A stretch of DNA of 64,000 nucleotides from positions 448,001 to 512,000 of the forward strand of contig CAVXZB010000084.1 in NCBI GenBank assembly GCA_963765895.1, in the 5' to 3' direction. Source of the stretch: an uncultured Nitrososphaeraceae archaeon (GTDB taxonomy: Archaea > Thermoproteota > Nitrososphaeria > Nitrososphaerales > Nitrososphaeraceae). This document shows positions 21,102 through 31,674 of the stretch, in pieces. Both the position numbers and the translations under genes were made by a program. Below the pieces are notes generated by a model. It had not been told where the DNA came from and ran no database searches. It saw nothing but the letters and a program-made list of their open reading frames with translations. Every line of letters begins with the position of its first letter. Position 1 is the first letter of the stretch.

Positions 21102-23628
21102 TGTAGAAATAGAGAATTTTAAGCCTTTTAGAGAAATTATTCTTCCTGACCGCGACACATTCGGCAATGGTCTTTTCCTTATCTGCGGCAAAAACTCTAT
21201 GGGCAAGAGTAGTCTGATAGAGGCTACATTATGGGGTCTATTCGGCGAGCAATTGTTTGATGCACGAAAAAGAAGTCTCTTGTTAAAAATTGGTCAGAAT
21301 GAGTGTAAGGTTCAAATCACTTTTGAGCTCGGGGAATCCGTTTTTCTTGTTATCAGAAAGCTAAATATTAGAAAGTCTGGCAATCCAACCAATAAGACTC
21401 AGAGTTTTGTATCTGATGCGACACTATTAAGGAAAGGTAAGGATGGCTTTTCGATAATAGTTAGTGATCCACGTAAAGTGAATGCTGAAATAGAGCGAAT
21501 GCTAGGTGTGACTTCCGATATAATAGAAAAAACTGTCTACGTTAGACAAAAAGACGTGGACAAACTTTCTAAGGCAGATAGCGTGGAATTAAGAAGTCTG
21601 ATATCAACTTTTTTTGATCTAGACGAATTTGATCGTATTAAAGACAATCTCCAAAACAAGTCTTCGAGTCTGCAGGATTCAATCTCAGGTTTGAAGGAAA
21701 GCATAGGTGCTATGAATATTTGGAAAAAAGATCTTGATGATAAAGAACATGAAATGAGGATTTGCCGCGGCAAGATCGCATCAAGAGAACAAGAATTAAG
21801 TGACAGGGTTCAGGAGCTCTCTAATATCCCTTCTGAAGATGTTTTGATAAGAATAAGGGATGTAGAAAATAAAATCGACAATGCACAGAGAGATCTTGTA
21901 ATTATTAATACAAGAATAGCTGACATAACAAGACTAATAGAAACCAGAGATTCGAGGTTAGATAGGTTAAGAGCTTCAATTTATGATATAACTGCCAAGA
22001 AAAATAAAACTCTGGAGGAATTGAATAAACTGCCCTCAAAGGAAGTTCTGCAGAAGGTATCTAAACTAGAAGTACAGATTTTCAATACAGAAGATGTAAT
22101 TCGAAGTACAATTACACAATCTAATCATCAGTTTGAATTTGACTCTGAAAAACCAGAATCAATCCTAGAAAGGCATGAGTTAGCAAAGAAAGACAAGGAA
22201 TCTGTAGAGTTGAAAATACGTAGCCTCAAAAAAAATATAGAAAAACTTAGAGAACAACTATCATATAATGAAGCAATATCTAATCTCAAAGAGAGTAGCA
22301 TAATTCATGTAGAGAGGAACGATAATTGTCCTGTATGTAATAAACCAGTTGAAGATAAAAATAGGCTTATTTCATCGATAAGAAAAGAAGTAGAGCGTAC
22401 TAGTCTAAATACTGGCTCTACAAATCTTGAATTGGCAGATAAAATGAATAACCTTTACGAATTAGAATTATTGGCTACCCACAACAATAAACTTGAAAGT
22501 GCACTAAACTCATTACTACCATCTTCACACAATCTTATCCAGTATCGAAAAGACCTCTTATCAATTCTATTGCCCTTCTCTTCAAAATCTGTCCAAGAAT
22601 TTTTGCGGTTTTTTAGTTTTAATTCTGTTAATGAACTGATTTCTACTAGAACAATACTGGAATCAAAGCTACCAGATTATGATCGACAAATTAGTTCCTT
22701 GGAAGTGGAAGTTAATAATGAAATAGATCAATACGCACGATATGACACTCAACTATCTGAGGAAGAAAATAAAAAAGATCAGACCTCAAATAGTCTAAAA
22801 AGCTTAGAGCATGAGTCGAGTCAAATCTACAGAGATATGTCTATAGAGTCTATAGACCAGTTGACTCGAAAGAATAATAGTGAAAGCATAGAGAAATTAA
22901 TCACAAAGCGAAAAGTTCTTGAACATTCAATTTTAGATTTAAGAGAAGATGTAATTCAACCGCTGAAGGAGCTGTTTTCAGACCTGGAAACAGAGATTTG
23001 TAACAGGAAAGCAATAATAAGTCAACTCGAAGCAAAGGAATCAGAAATTAGTCAAAAGGAGAATGAAATTCGACATGTAAAATATCTTAGGGGAGAAATA
23101 GACGGATTTATTTCACATTATGTAGTTGAAGGCAAATTGGTAGAAATATTAAAAAAAGCTACTAATTTCTATCTTGTACCATTTACTGATTCAAGATATA
23201 CAATTGATAAAATCTACTCTATAACTAAAAGAGTAAAAGATAGAGAGTCTCATGGTTTAGAAATTTCTTTATTTGATTCTAGAGACAATCATATAAAATC
23301 TAGGGAACAGCTTAGCGGCGGTGATGAAACCGCTTTAGGTTTGGCATTAAGAATAGCCATCTCTAAATTAATGGGTAGAATAAGACCATTTAGGGACTCT
23401 GAGAGACAGCTTCCATTATTAAATTTAATTATAATGGATGAACCTATGGCTAGCCTAGACTCATCTAGGCGCTCAGCAATAATAAACAAGTTAAGGGAGG
23501 ACAAGAGCTTTAGACAGATATTTCTAATCTCACATACTGATAATTTCTTCGGTGAGTGTAATTCAATTTTCCTTGATGAGGCTGTAGCTGGTCAAAGACG
23601 TTTAACATACAGCCCATTAGAAGCGTGA
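21088..23628 (+). CDS. Rad50/SbcC-like SMC ATPase
   Basis: GKNSMGKS Walker A, central CPVC zinc hook, LSGGD signature, IMDEP Walker B, ISH; overlaps the upstream nuclease gene; start MKILSVEIENFK. Confidence 0.92.
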   Translation: MKILSVEIENFKPFREIILPDRDTFGNGLFLICGKNSMGKSSLIEATLWGLFGEQLFDARKRSLLLKIGQNECKVQITFELGESVFLVIRKLNIRKSGNPTNKTQSFVSDATLLRKGKDGFSIIVSDPRKVNAEIERMLGVTSDIIEKTVYVRQKDVDKLSKADSVELRSLISTFFDLDEFDRIKDNLQNKSSSLQDSISGLKESIGAMNIWKKDLDDKEHEMRICRGKIASREQELSDRVQELSNIPSEDVLIRIRDVENKIDNAQRDLVIINTRIADITRLIETRDSRLDRLRASIYDITAKKNKTLEELNKLPSKEVLQKVSKLEVQIFNTEDVIRSTITQSNHQFEFDSEKPESILERHELAKKDKESVELKIRSLKKNIEKLREQLSYNEAISNLKESSIIHVERNDNCPVCNKPVEDKNRLISSIRKEVERTSLNTGSTNLELADKMNNLYELELLATHNNKLESALNSLLPSSHNLIQYRKDLLSILLPFSSKSVQEFLRFFSFNSVNELISTRTILESKLPDYDRQISSLEVEVNNEIDQYARYDTQLSEEENKKDQTSNSLKSLEHESSQIYRDMSIESIDQLTRKNNSESIEKLITKRKVLEHSILDLREDVIQPLKELFSDLETEICNRKAIISQLEAKESEISQKENEIRHVKYLRGEIDGFISHYVVEGKLVEILKKATNFYLVPFTDSRYTIDKIYSITKRVKDRESHGLEISLFDSRDNHIKSREQLSGGDETALGLALRIAISKLMGRIRPFRDSERQLPLLNLIIMDEPMASLDSSRRSAIINKLREDKSFRQIFLISHTDNFFGECNSIFLDEAVAGQRRLTYSPLEA

Positions 23629-23910
23629 GAAGGATTCTTGCAAACAGGATTCACAATTGCTGTCGCATTTTTGGTAATAAATCGATATAACATGCGGAAT
23701 AAATTCAAGGCGGCATTACGTCTATTATAGGATTTGAATATATATCAAGTCTGTAATATAAAATTAATTTCGAGAATTTTCTATAAATTGAGTCCCTAAT
23801 TCCAGCGAAACCAAATGTAATGGAAAAATATTAATGGTCAATATGCGGCATACTAGTAAATATTCTACTAGAACCAAATAGCATATTGCATAATTGAATA
23901 AGTATCTGGG

Positions 23911-24800
23911 ATGAATTACCATCAAGATAGACTTTTGGTAACCGGTGTGTCAGGCGGCATGGTAGCGAACTAGTAAAACAATTATCAGACTCTGGTGCTA
24001 TTTTTAGGCCAGGCGTCCATTCAAACGAAAATGCAAAGAGGTTAACAAAAATTTCCAGAGGAGGAGATATTTTAATGAAATAGATTATAAAACCCGGTAC
24101 TCTTAACAGAGCATGCAATAATGTAGATAAGCTGTTCTACTTATTTCAGGGGTCCCCAAGCCGTGGAGTATGCTTCCAGGTTCATAAAGGACTATGGAAG
24201 GCCGGAGCTAGATCTATAGTGAAGGTATCTTATCTGCGAGATTATACTAAATCTAGGGTAACAATAACTCGCTTACACAGACAAGTAGAAAAAGTGATTG
24301 AAAGTCAGGGATCCAGTTTACGTTCTTGCGACCAAGTTCTTTTATGCAGAACTTTTAATTTCTATGGTCCATCTATTAGGAGTAAGATGCTTTTTATGCA
24401 CCTGGAGGAAGTGCAAAGATCAGTCAGTTTCATTGACATGTGAGAATTCGCATCAGTAGCAGCCAATATTCTCATAGATGCGAACTGAAATGGTGAAATG
24501 ACTCACGTCGGCAGAGCTATGACATCACAGGACCAGGCTCCCCTACAATCGAGCTGCAGAAATTCTATCTAAGGTAACAAATAAGAAAATCAGTTATGTG
24601 AATAGTACCTGATGCAGAAGCTCGTCAAGGGATGAGAGAGAAGGCAACGGATGGATGGTTTATTAACATTGCATTGGAACTATATGATAGTTATAGAAAA
24701 GGATACGCATCAAACATATCTTTTGCAGTTGAATCTATAACTGGAACTAAGCCTAGGACATTTATTGGGTCTATAAGGATCATGCTAACTATTTCAATTA
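23911..24800 (+). pseudogene. NmrA-like/atypical SDR remnant
   Basis: LLVTGVSGxxGSELVKQL, ITRLHRQVEKVIE, FMQNF, ISFIDVRxxASVAA in broken frames. Confidence 0.75.
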
Positions 24801-24955
24801 AAAATTTTTTAATCTCTCAGTTAGTCAACCTGACCTATGTCTCAGAAAATATGTATTGGCCTGTCTACTCACAGTCTCTGCTGTCTTCATATCGATGAGT
24901 TGAAATTTATTTGCGGCATGGCTACATGTTTCCTTCATTGAAAATACTTTAAACC

Positions 24956-26003
24956 ATGATTATTCATAATTACTTTATGGCTATACGATTACAAGAAATC
25001 GAGAAGATATCAATTACCATACTTATAGATAACTATACCGATAGGCTTCTACAGAATACCTCGCATACATTGAGATCACCTATGATAAGGGGAGAAAAAT
25101 TTTTACCTGCTCCACTGGCAGAACATGGGTTTTCAGCACTCATCAAGATCCATCACAAATACCAAAATAAAGATCTTGAAGGTTTAGATTATAAGAATGA
25201 CAATAACACATTTCTCTTTGATACCGGTGTAACCGAAGAAGGAATAATCCTAAACGCCGCCAATTTTGGCATAAACCTTGACCAGATAGAAGCAATTATT
25301 TTAAGCCATGGCCACTTTGATCACTTTAACGGCCTTCTCAATGTAATAGACCATATCTCAAGACCAGTTGATATTATTGTACATCCGGATGCATTTCTCA
25401 AAAGATGGCTAATATTTCCTGATGGCAGGAAAGCCAAAATGCCAGTTCTAGAAGAACAGATATTGTCTAGAAAAGGAGCAATAATTCATAAGAATAGGAA
25501 TGTAAATTTCCTTCCTTTAAAGGAACACAACCACGGCTACAACAACTCGACAGCTGGCCCTTCTCTCTTGATCACCGGACAGATTCCAAGGGAGACAAAT
25601 TTTGAAAAGGGATTTCCTTTTCAATATATAGAAAATCCCGATGAAAATAGTCTTTCGCATGATCCTCTAGTTAATGACGACCAGGCCATAGTAGTCAATA
25701 TCCGAAATAAAGGTCTGGTGATACTAAGCGGATGTAGTCATGCTGGAATCATAAACACGATAAACTACGCAAAAAGGTTAACAGGAATAAGTAGCATTCA
25801 TGCAATTATTGGTGGATTTCATCTTTCTGGTGGAAAAATATATGAAGATGCAATAGATCCCACAATAGAAGAGATACAAAATGCAGATCCAGAATGGATA
25901 GTCACCTTGTCACTGTACCGGTTGGAAGGCCGTCAATAGAATAATAAATTCTATGCCTGAGAAATTTATTCAAACAAGTGTTGGGACCGTATTTGAATTT
26001 TAG
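24956..26003 (+). CDS. MBL-fold metallo-hydrolase (dihydropteroate-synthase-like MJ0301 type), with a +1 frameshift near 25903
   Basis: EHGFS, FDTG, LSHGHFDH, GCSHAG, GGFHL; PCHCTGW...VGTVFEF continues in another frame. Confidence 0.88.
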
Positions 26004-26134
26004 ATATGATCACTCATGTATTTAGCTAGATATCCCTATAGTGAAAGACAGAATTAAAGTAGGTCGTATAATTTCTCCACACAAATATTTAGATCAATGA
26101 TCCTGAAGGTTATAGTATGACTTAACAGTAGCTC

Positions 26135-26169
26135 TAATTAAGTAATTAATTAATTAATCAATTAATTAA
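26135..26169. repeat. (TAAT)n self-complementary microsatellite
   Basis: taattaagtaattaattaattaatcaattaattaa between convergent genes. Confidence 0.7.
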
Positions 26170-26296
26170 CGCCGGTATTAATCTAGATTCCTTGATTTAG
26201 CTTCACAAGCTTGGTCACGTCCGCGTTTCCTGCTGAAATAATCACTGTATTCTACTTTGTGACTCATTGGAGTATTATTACCATAAGGCATCTACG

Positions 26297-27331
26297 CTAA
26301 AGCCAATCAGACATAATAGGATCATATATTTTCTTCCTTGTATCGTCTAGGCTATTTCTTTCCTTAACTAGTCCCTGTTGCTTTAATTCGTCGATCGCGT
26401 TCTGAATTGTTCTTCTTGGCAAATGAGTCAATGCAATAAGTTCGCTCTGCTCGATGGGATGTTTTGTCTTTATTATATAATAGATAAATTTAGAAGCTGG
26501 CCCACCTTCGGGTTCTTTGTGATTATAAGAGATATCATATGACGACTTGGACAAAAAGCCTCTTCGTTGTGCCTCGACTTCAGCATTAATATCGATACTT
26601 ACTGCGGCAAGGTTCACACGTTGACCAAATTCTGCGATCATGGCCGACTGTTGGTGTTCAAGTGGCGTTTCAAAAATAAAATTACTAGGTGGATACCTTG
26701 CAGTTAATGCCTCTATAAAACTCCATTTAACAAGTCCTTTTTCATCATAGATGCCAACATTGATACCTTCATTTGCTTCGAGGATCACTTTATTATTAAT
26801 ACTGTTGTTATTAAAATTGGGATTCTTGAAACCCTTTGTTTCGTTTGTTATTTTCATTAATTCTTCTATCTTTTCTAATGTCCTATTAACTCCTAATTGA
26901 TGTCGTGGATCTTTCCTGCCCACTATCCAATGATATCCAAGATCTTTTGATAAAATTAAGTCGCGTATTTTCTCTCTTTGTTCTATATCTAAATCAATAT
27001 TATTTTCACCAATTTCTATTATATCAAACCCGTTTTTGGCTGATTCTGTAACAAATCTATCTAGAGAATTTTCGATAATTGCATATTCTGTGATCGTGCT
27101 CCCTGTTGAAACTCGGACATTATAATCGTGGTAAAATTTTATTCTCTTTTGCAACAGGGTTTCAGGCATTAGTAAGGGCATAATCCCGTAAATTTTTACA
27201 ACATCTATCATAGGAGACAGGATTTCGAAATTATCTGAATAGGTCCCATTTAACTTGTCTATAACGTAAGTTAGGCCTTCTTTCCTAGGCTTTTTATCAT
27301 CTACTCTACCCTTGACTAAATCGTCGAGCAT
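26297..27331 (-). CDS. Phosphosulfolactate synthase (ComA)-like protein with C-terminal wHTH
   Basis: KPRKEGLTYVIDK, IFETP..QQ, FG..VNL, QRRG; tail ELIALTHLPRRTIQNAIDELKQQGLV...DTRKKIY. Confidence 0.85.
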   Translation of the reverse strand: MLDDLVKGRVDDKKPRKEGLTYVIDKLNGTYSDNFEILSPMIDVVKIYGIMPLLMPETLLQKRIKFYHDYNVRVSTGSTITEYAIIENSLDRFVTESAKNGFDIIEIGENNIDLDIEQREKIRDLILSKDLGYHWIVGRKDPRHQLGVNRTLEKIEELMKITNETKGFKNPNFNNNSINNKVILEANEGINVGIYDEKGLVKWSFIEALTARYPPSNFIFETPLEHQQSAMIAEFGQRVNLAAVSIDINAEVEAQRRGFLSKSSYDISYNHKEPEGGPASKFIYYIIKTKHPIEQSELIALTHLPRRTIQNAIDELKQQGLVKERNSLDDTRKKIYDPIMSDWL

Positions 27332-27588
27332 TAAAACTCAAATATGTACATACTGAAATTACTAGAGCAGGCAAAGTAACACAAATTGAGAAATTGTTTG
27401 GCAGGCATTTTACTATTCTGGCACAGTTCATATCATTGGAGGCAGATATATATTCATGCCTTATTTATAACTCAGCTATCAACAATAGTTGAATCTCAAT
27501 AAATGAATAATTTGAATTTGAACTATGAGCACCACCATAAAAATTTGGTTTATATGCACATGCTATAAGTATCTATTGAATGCTAAAG

Positions 27589-27900
27589 TTACCTCAGATT
27601 TATTTGAATAGATAGAGCTGTAATTTTCGTAGGTGACAGTGGCATGAAGTCTATGCTCTGATTCAAACATAGTGGGCATGATCTTAGTATATCAGCCAAG
27701 TTAGGGTTTGCCATATTAGATATGTGATGTATGTAAGACGCACACCAAAGGCACGATTTGCAGAGCAAAAAGTAATGTAGGATATTTCCGATGTCGTCGT
27801 TAATCCTATCGTTATAAACCGTCATATTCCTTGCTCCTTCTGAACTTGAGCTTGCATGAGCAAATGTATTTTCGATTTGCTGTTGATGTTTCCTTGTTAT
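27589..27900 (-). CDS. Small zinc-finger protein (LLCxSCxWCAS...CPxC...MP)
   Basis: CKSC, C, CPLC; start uncertain. Confidence 0.65.
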   Translation of the reverse strand: MTRKHQQQIENTFAHASSSSEGARNMTVYNDRINDDIGNILHYFLLCKSCLWCASYIHHISNMANPNLADILRSCPLCLNQSIDFMPLSPTKITALSIQINLR

Positions 27901-28425
27901 AGGATGCGCGATCATTATTGTTAAATACATATAGAGAAATATAATCAGATCTATATATGCAAAATAATCATAAAGGTGTATTTGAGGTATTGGTTCATCC
28001 ATATTATTAATGGCATATTGCATTGAGAAAACGAACGAATATGTTGTTTCGATATTGTGTTCTCAGTACTATCTATTTTTTGTATTATATTTAGTTCAAT
28101 ATTTGTAAATCAGCTATCAAGCCAAGTACAGGGCTAAATCGTCGATTTGCTTGATAGAGATTAGTTTTCAGAATTTGATATTATAACTGAAGCCAGCCTT
28201 GCAGGCGTTTTTGCTCCTTTACCCAAAAGAATTCCTTCGGTAGTAGTATTTATCAGTGAGCTAATGAAAGATAATTATCTTGTAGCCGCGGCTAAGATAT
28301 ATTCTGTAGTAAGAGTAAAGTAACAAGATGCTATACCAGACAACAATTGAGTGGCCTGAATAAAGATTCAGTGGTACATTTAGAAAAAATAGAATAGAAT
28401 AGAGAAGAATAGAAATTTTTAGGAT

Positions 28426-29011
28426 TTATGATGCTAACAACTTAAGCTGGTCATCAAGAAACGATTCATCTCCGAGATTAAATGTGAAGACAGTGGCGAC
28501 CTTCAACATTTTTTGTGCATCGAGAGGGCTATAATATTTGTTTACGATTTTTTGAAATTCAGTAAATTTCTCAAGTTTTGACATTTTTCTCAGACGTTCA
28601 ATCAAGCTAATAGATGGATTATCATTCACGGCTTGATAACACGGTGGTCGTTGAGATTTTACGAAAGTCCAATCTTGGTACTTCAGAATATGATGCCGGT
28701 GTCTCATGTGTATTATGATTATGATTATTATCGATATTGCTATAACTATTGGTATTATTATAAATTTCGTGAGTGTACATTAGAGGATTTGGATCATTAT
28801 TCTGAATTCTGGTATTGTTGTTGTTTTTTCTAAATAATAATGTGTCTATCGGTTCGTGGAATTTACCATTTAGCCTGCCAACGATATACTCAAGTGGTCG
28901 AACTATCGCGCCGTTCCCGATATGTAGATTTTGGTTATGTCTGTTAGCGGAGGACTTTCTTGTGAAGCCGGCTCCGCATATCGCACAGATCCATGTATGC
29001 TGACTATTCAT
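28426..29011 (-). CDS. C2H2 zinc-finger protein, probably split by a frameshift
   Basis: CAICGAGFTRKSSANRHNQNLH; overlapping downstream ORF 28426-28707. Confidence 0.7.
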
Positions 29012-29428
29012 ACTCAGTATTATTTTATAATTCTGTCTTTAAAAAGAAAAAAGAAAAAGAAAAAGAAAAACTGGAGGCCGTATGTCCAGAGTGCTACGCT
29101 GTGCTGCACTGATTGTCGTATTATAGCTTGGTTTGACGACCTACAGAATGGCTAATAATGATATATCTTGACGCAACGCGTAGTAAAACAAAATTCTACA
29201 TACATAGATCATAAGGCAATTCTATTTTTTGCTCAAGATGCAGAAAAATCTGTCGTAAAACGTTGGAATTGAGAATTTATCCACCAAGATGGCTAAGATC
29301 CAAATAAATATTAGAGGTAAATCCAAACTCAAGTCATCAAACGCTTTAGAGACAAAGATATTATTATCTTGCTAGCGCTAACATCGTCATAACCTTGAGT
29401 ATAATTTATGCTGCTGCCACATTACATT

Positions 29429-31334
29429 TTATCCGCATAGCTGACCTCGCATTTGCTTAGCCATCTCACCATGTAGGCCACCAGCTGCGATGTGCCTATT
29501 AACTGCTTGATTGCATGCATCTGAAAATGCATTGTCATTTACTCCAGAATCGGAACCAGCGGCATTATTATTATTAGAACTGTCATGACCAGTCTTAACG
29601 AACCCGGTATCACTTTGGTCATTAGATGAAGGCTGTTCAGTATTGTCCTTGTTATCATCACCTGATTGAACTCCAATTACGTTAACTGCATTACCATCTC
29701 CCTGTACTTGATTAGCCAAGTTTTGGCAGTTAACATCAGATGCTCCTTTTCCGTTTCCACATACATTGGCCTGTGCAATAGATTGGCTTTGACCATGATG
29801 TCCATGTCCATTGTTGTTGTTGCTGCCACTGCCGCCGCTGCCATCTCCACTGCTACTAGTTCCACTTTGACGTACACCCAACTGTCCTGTCTGTCCAGCA
29901 TTTCCACCATTATCACTACCGTCATTATGACTATCATCATTGCCGCCTCCACCACCTGATTGAACTCCAATTACGTTAACTGCATTACCATCTCCCTGTA
30001 CTTGATTAGCCAAGTTTTGGCAGTTAACATCAGATGCTCCTTTTCCGTTTCCACATACATTGGCCTGTGCAATAGATTGGCTTTGACCATGATGTCCATG
30101 TCCATTGTTGTTGTTGCTGCCACTGCCGCCGCTGCCATCTCCACTGCTACTAGTTCCACTTTGACGTACACCCAACTGTCCTGTCTGTCCAGCATTTCCA
30201 CCATTATCACTACCGTCATTATGACTATCATCATTGCCGCCTCCACCACCTGATTGAACTCCAATTACGTTAACTGCATTACCATCTCCCTGTACTTGAT
30301 TAGCCAAGTTTTGGCAGTTAACATCAGATGCTCCTTTTCCGTTTCCACATACATTGGCCTGTGCAATAGATTGGCTTTGACCATGATGTCCATGTCCATT
30401 GTTGTTGTTGCTGCCACTGCCGCCGCTGCCATCTCCACTGCTACTAGTTCCACTTTGACGTACACCCAACTGTCCTGTCTGTCCAGCATTTCCACCATTA
30501 TCACTACCGTCATTATGACTATCATCATTGCCGCCTCCACCACCTGATTGAACTCCAATTACGTTAACTGCATTACCATCTCCCTGTACTTGATTAGCCA
30601 AGTTTTGGCAGTTAACATCAGATGCTCCTTTTCCGTTTCCACATACATTGGCCTGTGCAATAGATTGGCTTTGACCATGCTTACTTCCGTCTTTATTATG
30701 TCCCCCACTTTGTATTTGATTTCCAATATTCTGGCATTTTACGTCGCTGGCCAACTTGCCATTTCCACATACATTAGATTGTGAAATTACTTGGACTTGG
30801 TCGTTATTGTTGTTGTTATTGTTAGCTCCATTGTGATTATGACCGTTATGGTCGTTATTGTTGTGAGCTCCATTATCTTGATTGTTATTATCATTGTTAT
30901 TATTATTGTTATTATTATTGTCGCTACTAATCACTTCAAATGGTGCAGTGACAGTCTTTGAAGCATAACTGTTAGCAGAAGCTCTTGCTGCCTACATTGA
31001 AGGTACCAGTATCTGCATCTGAACTAATTCTGATGTTAAAAGTTGTTAGTCCATTATCATCTGTATGCGAAGAACCAGTAGCCACTTTACCAGAGGGTGG
31101 ATCTATCGCAAGCTTTACAAATGCATCACTGATCTTATCATTGGTATTTGCATCTCTTACAGTCACTGTGATCTTTTGTGTATCGCCTGTTTGTATTGGA
31201 TCTTGATCTACACTGATCTTCATTTTAAATTCTTTTTCTGCATAAGCTTTATTGTCTTGCACGATTCCACTGAGAGGGTTGTAGGGTAACAAATACAATT
31301 GCGCAAAAATAGAACTGCATAAAACTACTGACAA
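29429..31334 (-). CDS. Secreted protein: signal peptide + Ig-like domain + N/G/Q/H-rich Cys-paired tandem repeats (one frameshift near 30991)
   Basis: ORFs 30972-31334 and 29429-30934 join via TFNV/AARASANSYASKTVTAPFEVISSD if one G is removed. Confidence 0.8.
29659..30679. repeat. Intragenic tandem repeat, 294-bp unit (98 aa) x about 3.5, apparently identical copies
   Basis: CACCTGATTGAACTCC recurs at 29659, 29953, 30247, 30541. Confidence 0.97.
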
Positions 31335-31674
31335 CGACAGTAACGCGACTGACGGAGCTATTCGAATATGATTTACATCTCTCTTTTTACCTGAATTTAG
31401 AGGTACTCAATATTTTGTGACTAGAAGTTTGACATCCTAATTTTATTAAAGATTTAAGAATATGAATTTCATATTCGAATTTCATAATAATCTAATAAGA
31501 TGAGAATGAAGAATTAAATCATAGACGAATATAACCTAAAATAAGTTACTTTTCTTTCTATAGAACCCTTACGCACACTAATGTCTTACTAGAATTGGCC
31601 CCATCTTGATGACACGCGCATATATATCATCATCTTGCTTGCGATGTAGATTTTATTTATACCTAATCCCATAT

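Noticed and set aside
26297-27331. Evidence for methanogenesis or coenzyme M synthesis
   Set aside because: Motifs are altered and no other pathway genes are in the window
29659-30679. CRISPR array
   Set aside because: Units are 294 bp, contiguous, have no unique spacers and are in frame within a CDS
29666-30784. Repeated 97-aa ORFs in other frames
   Set aside because: Shadow frames of the tandem repeat
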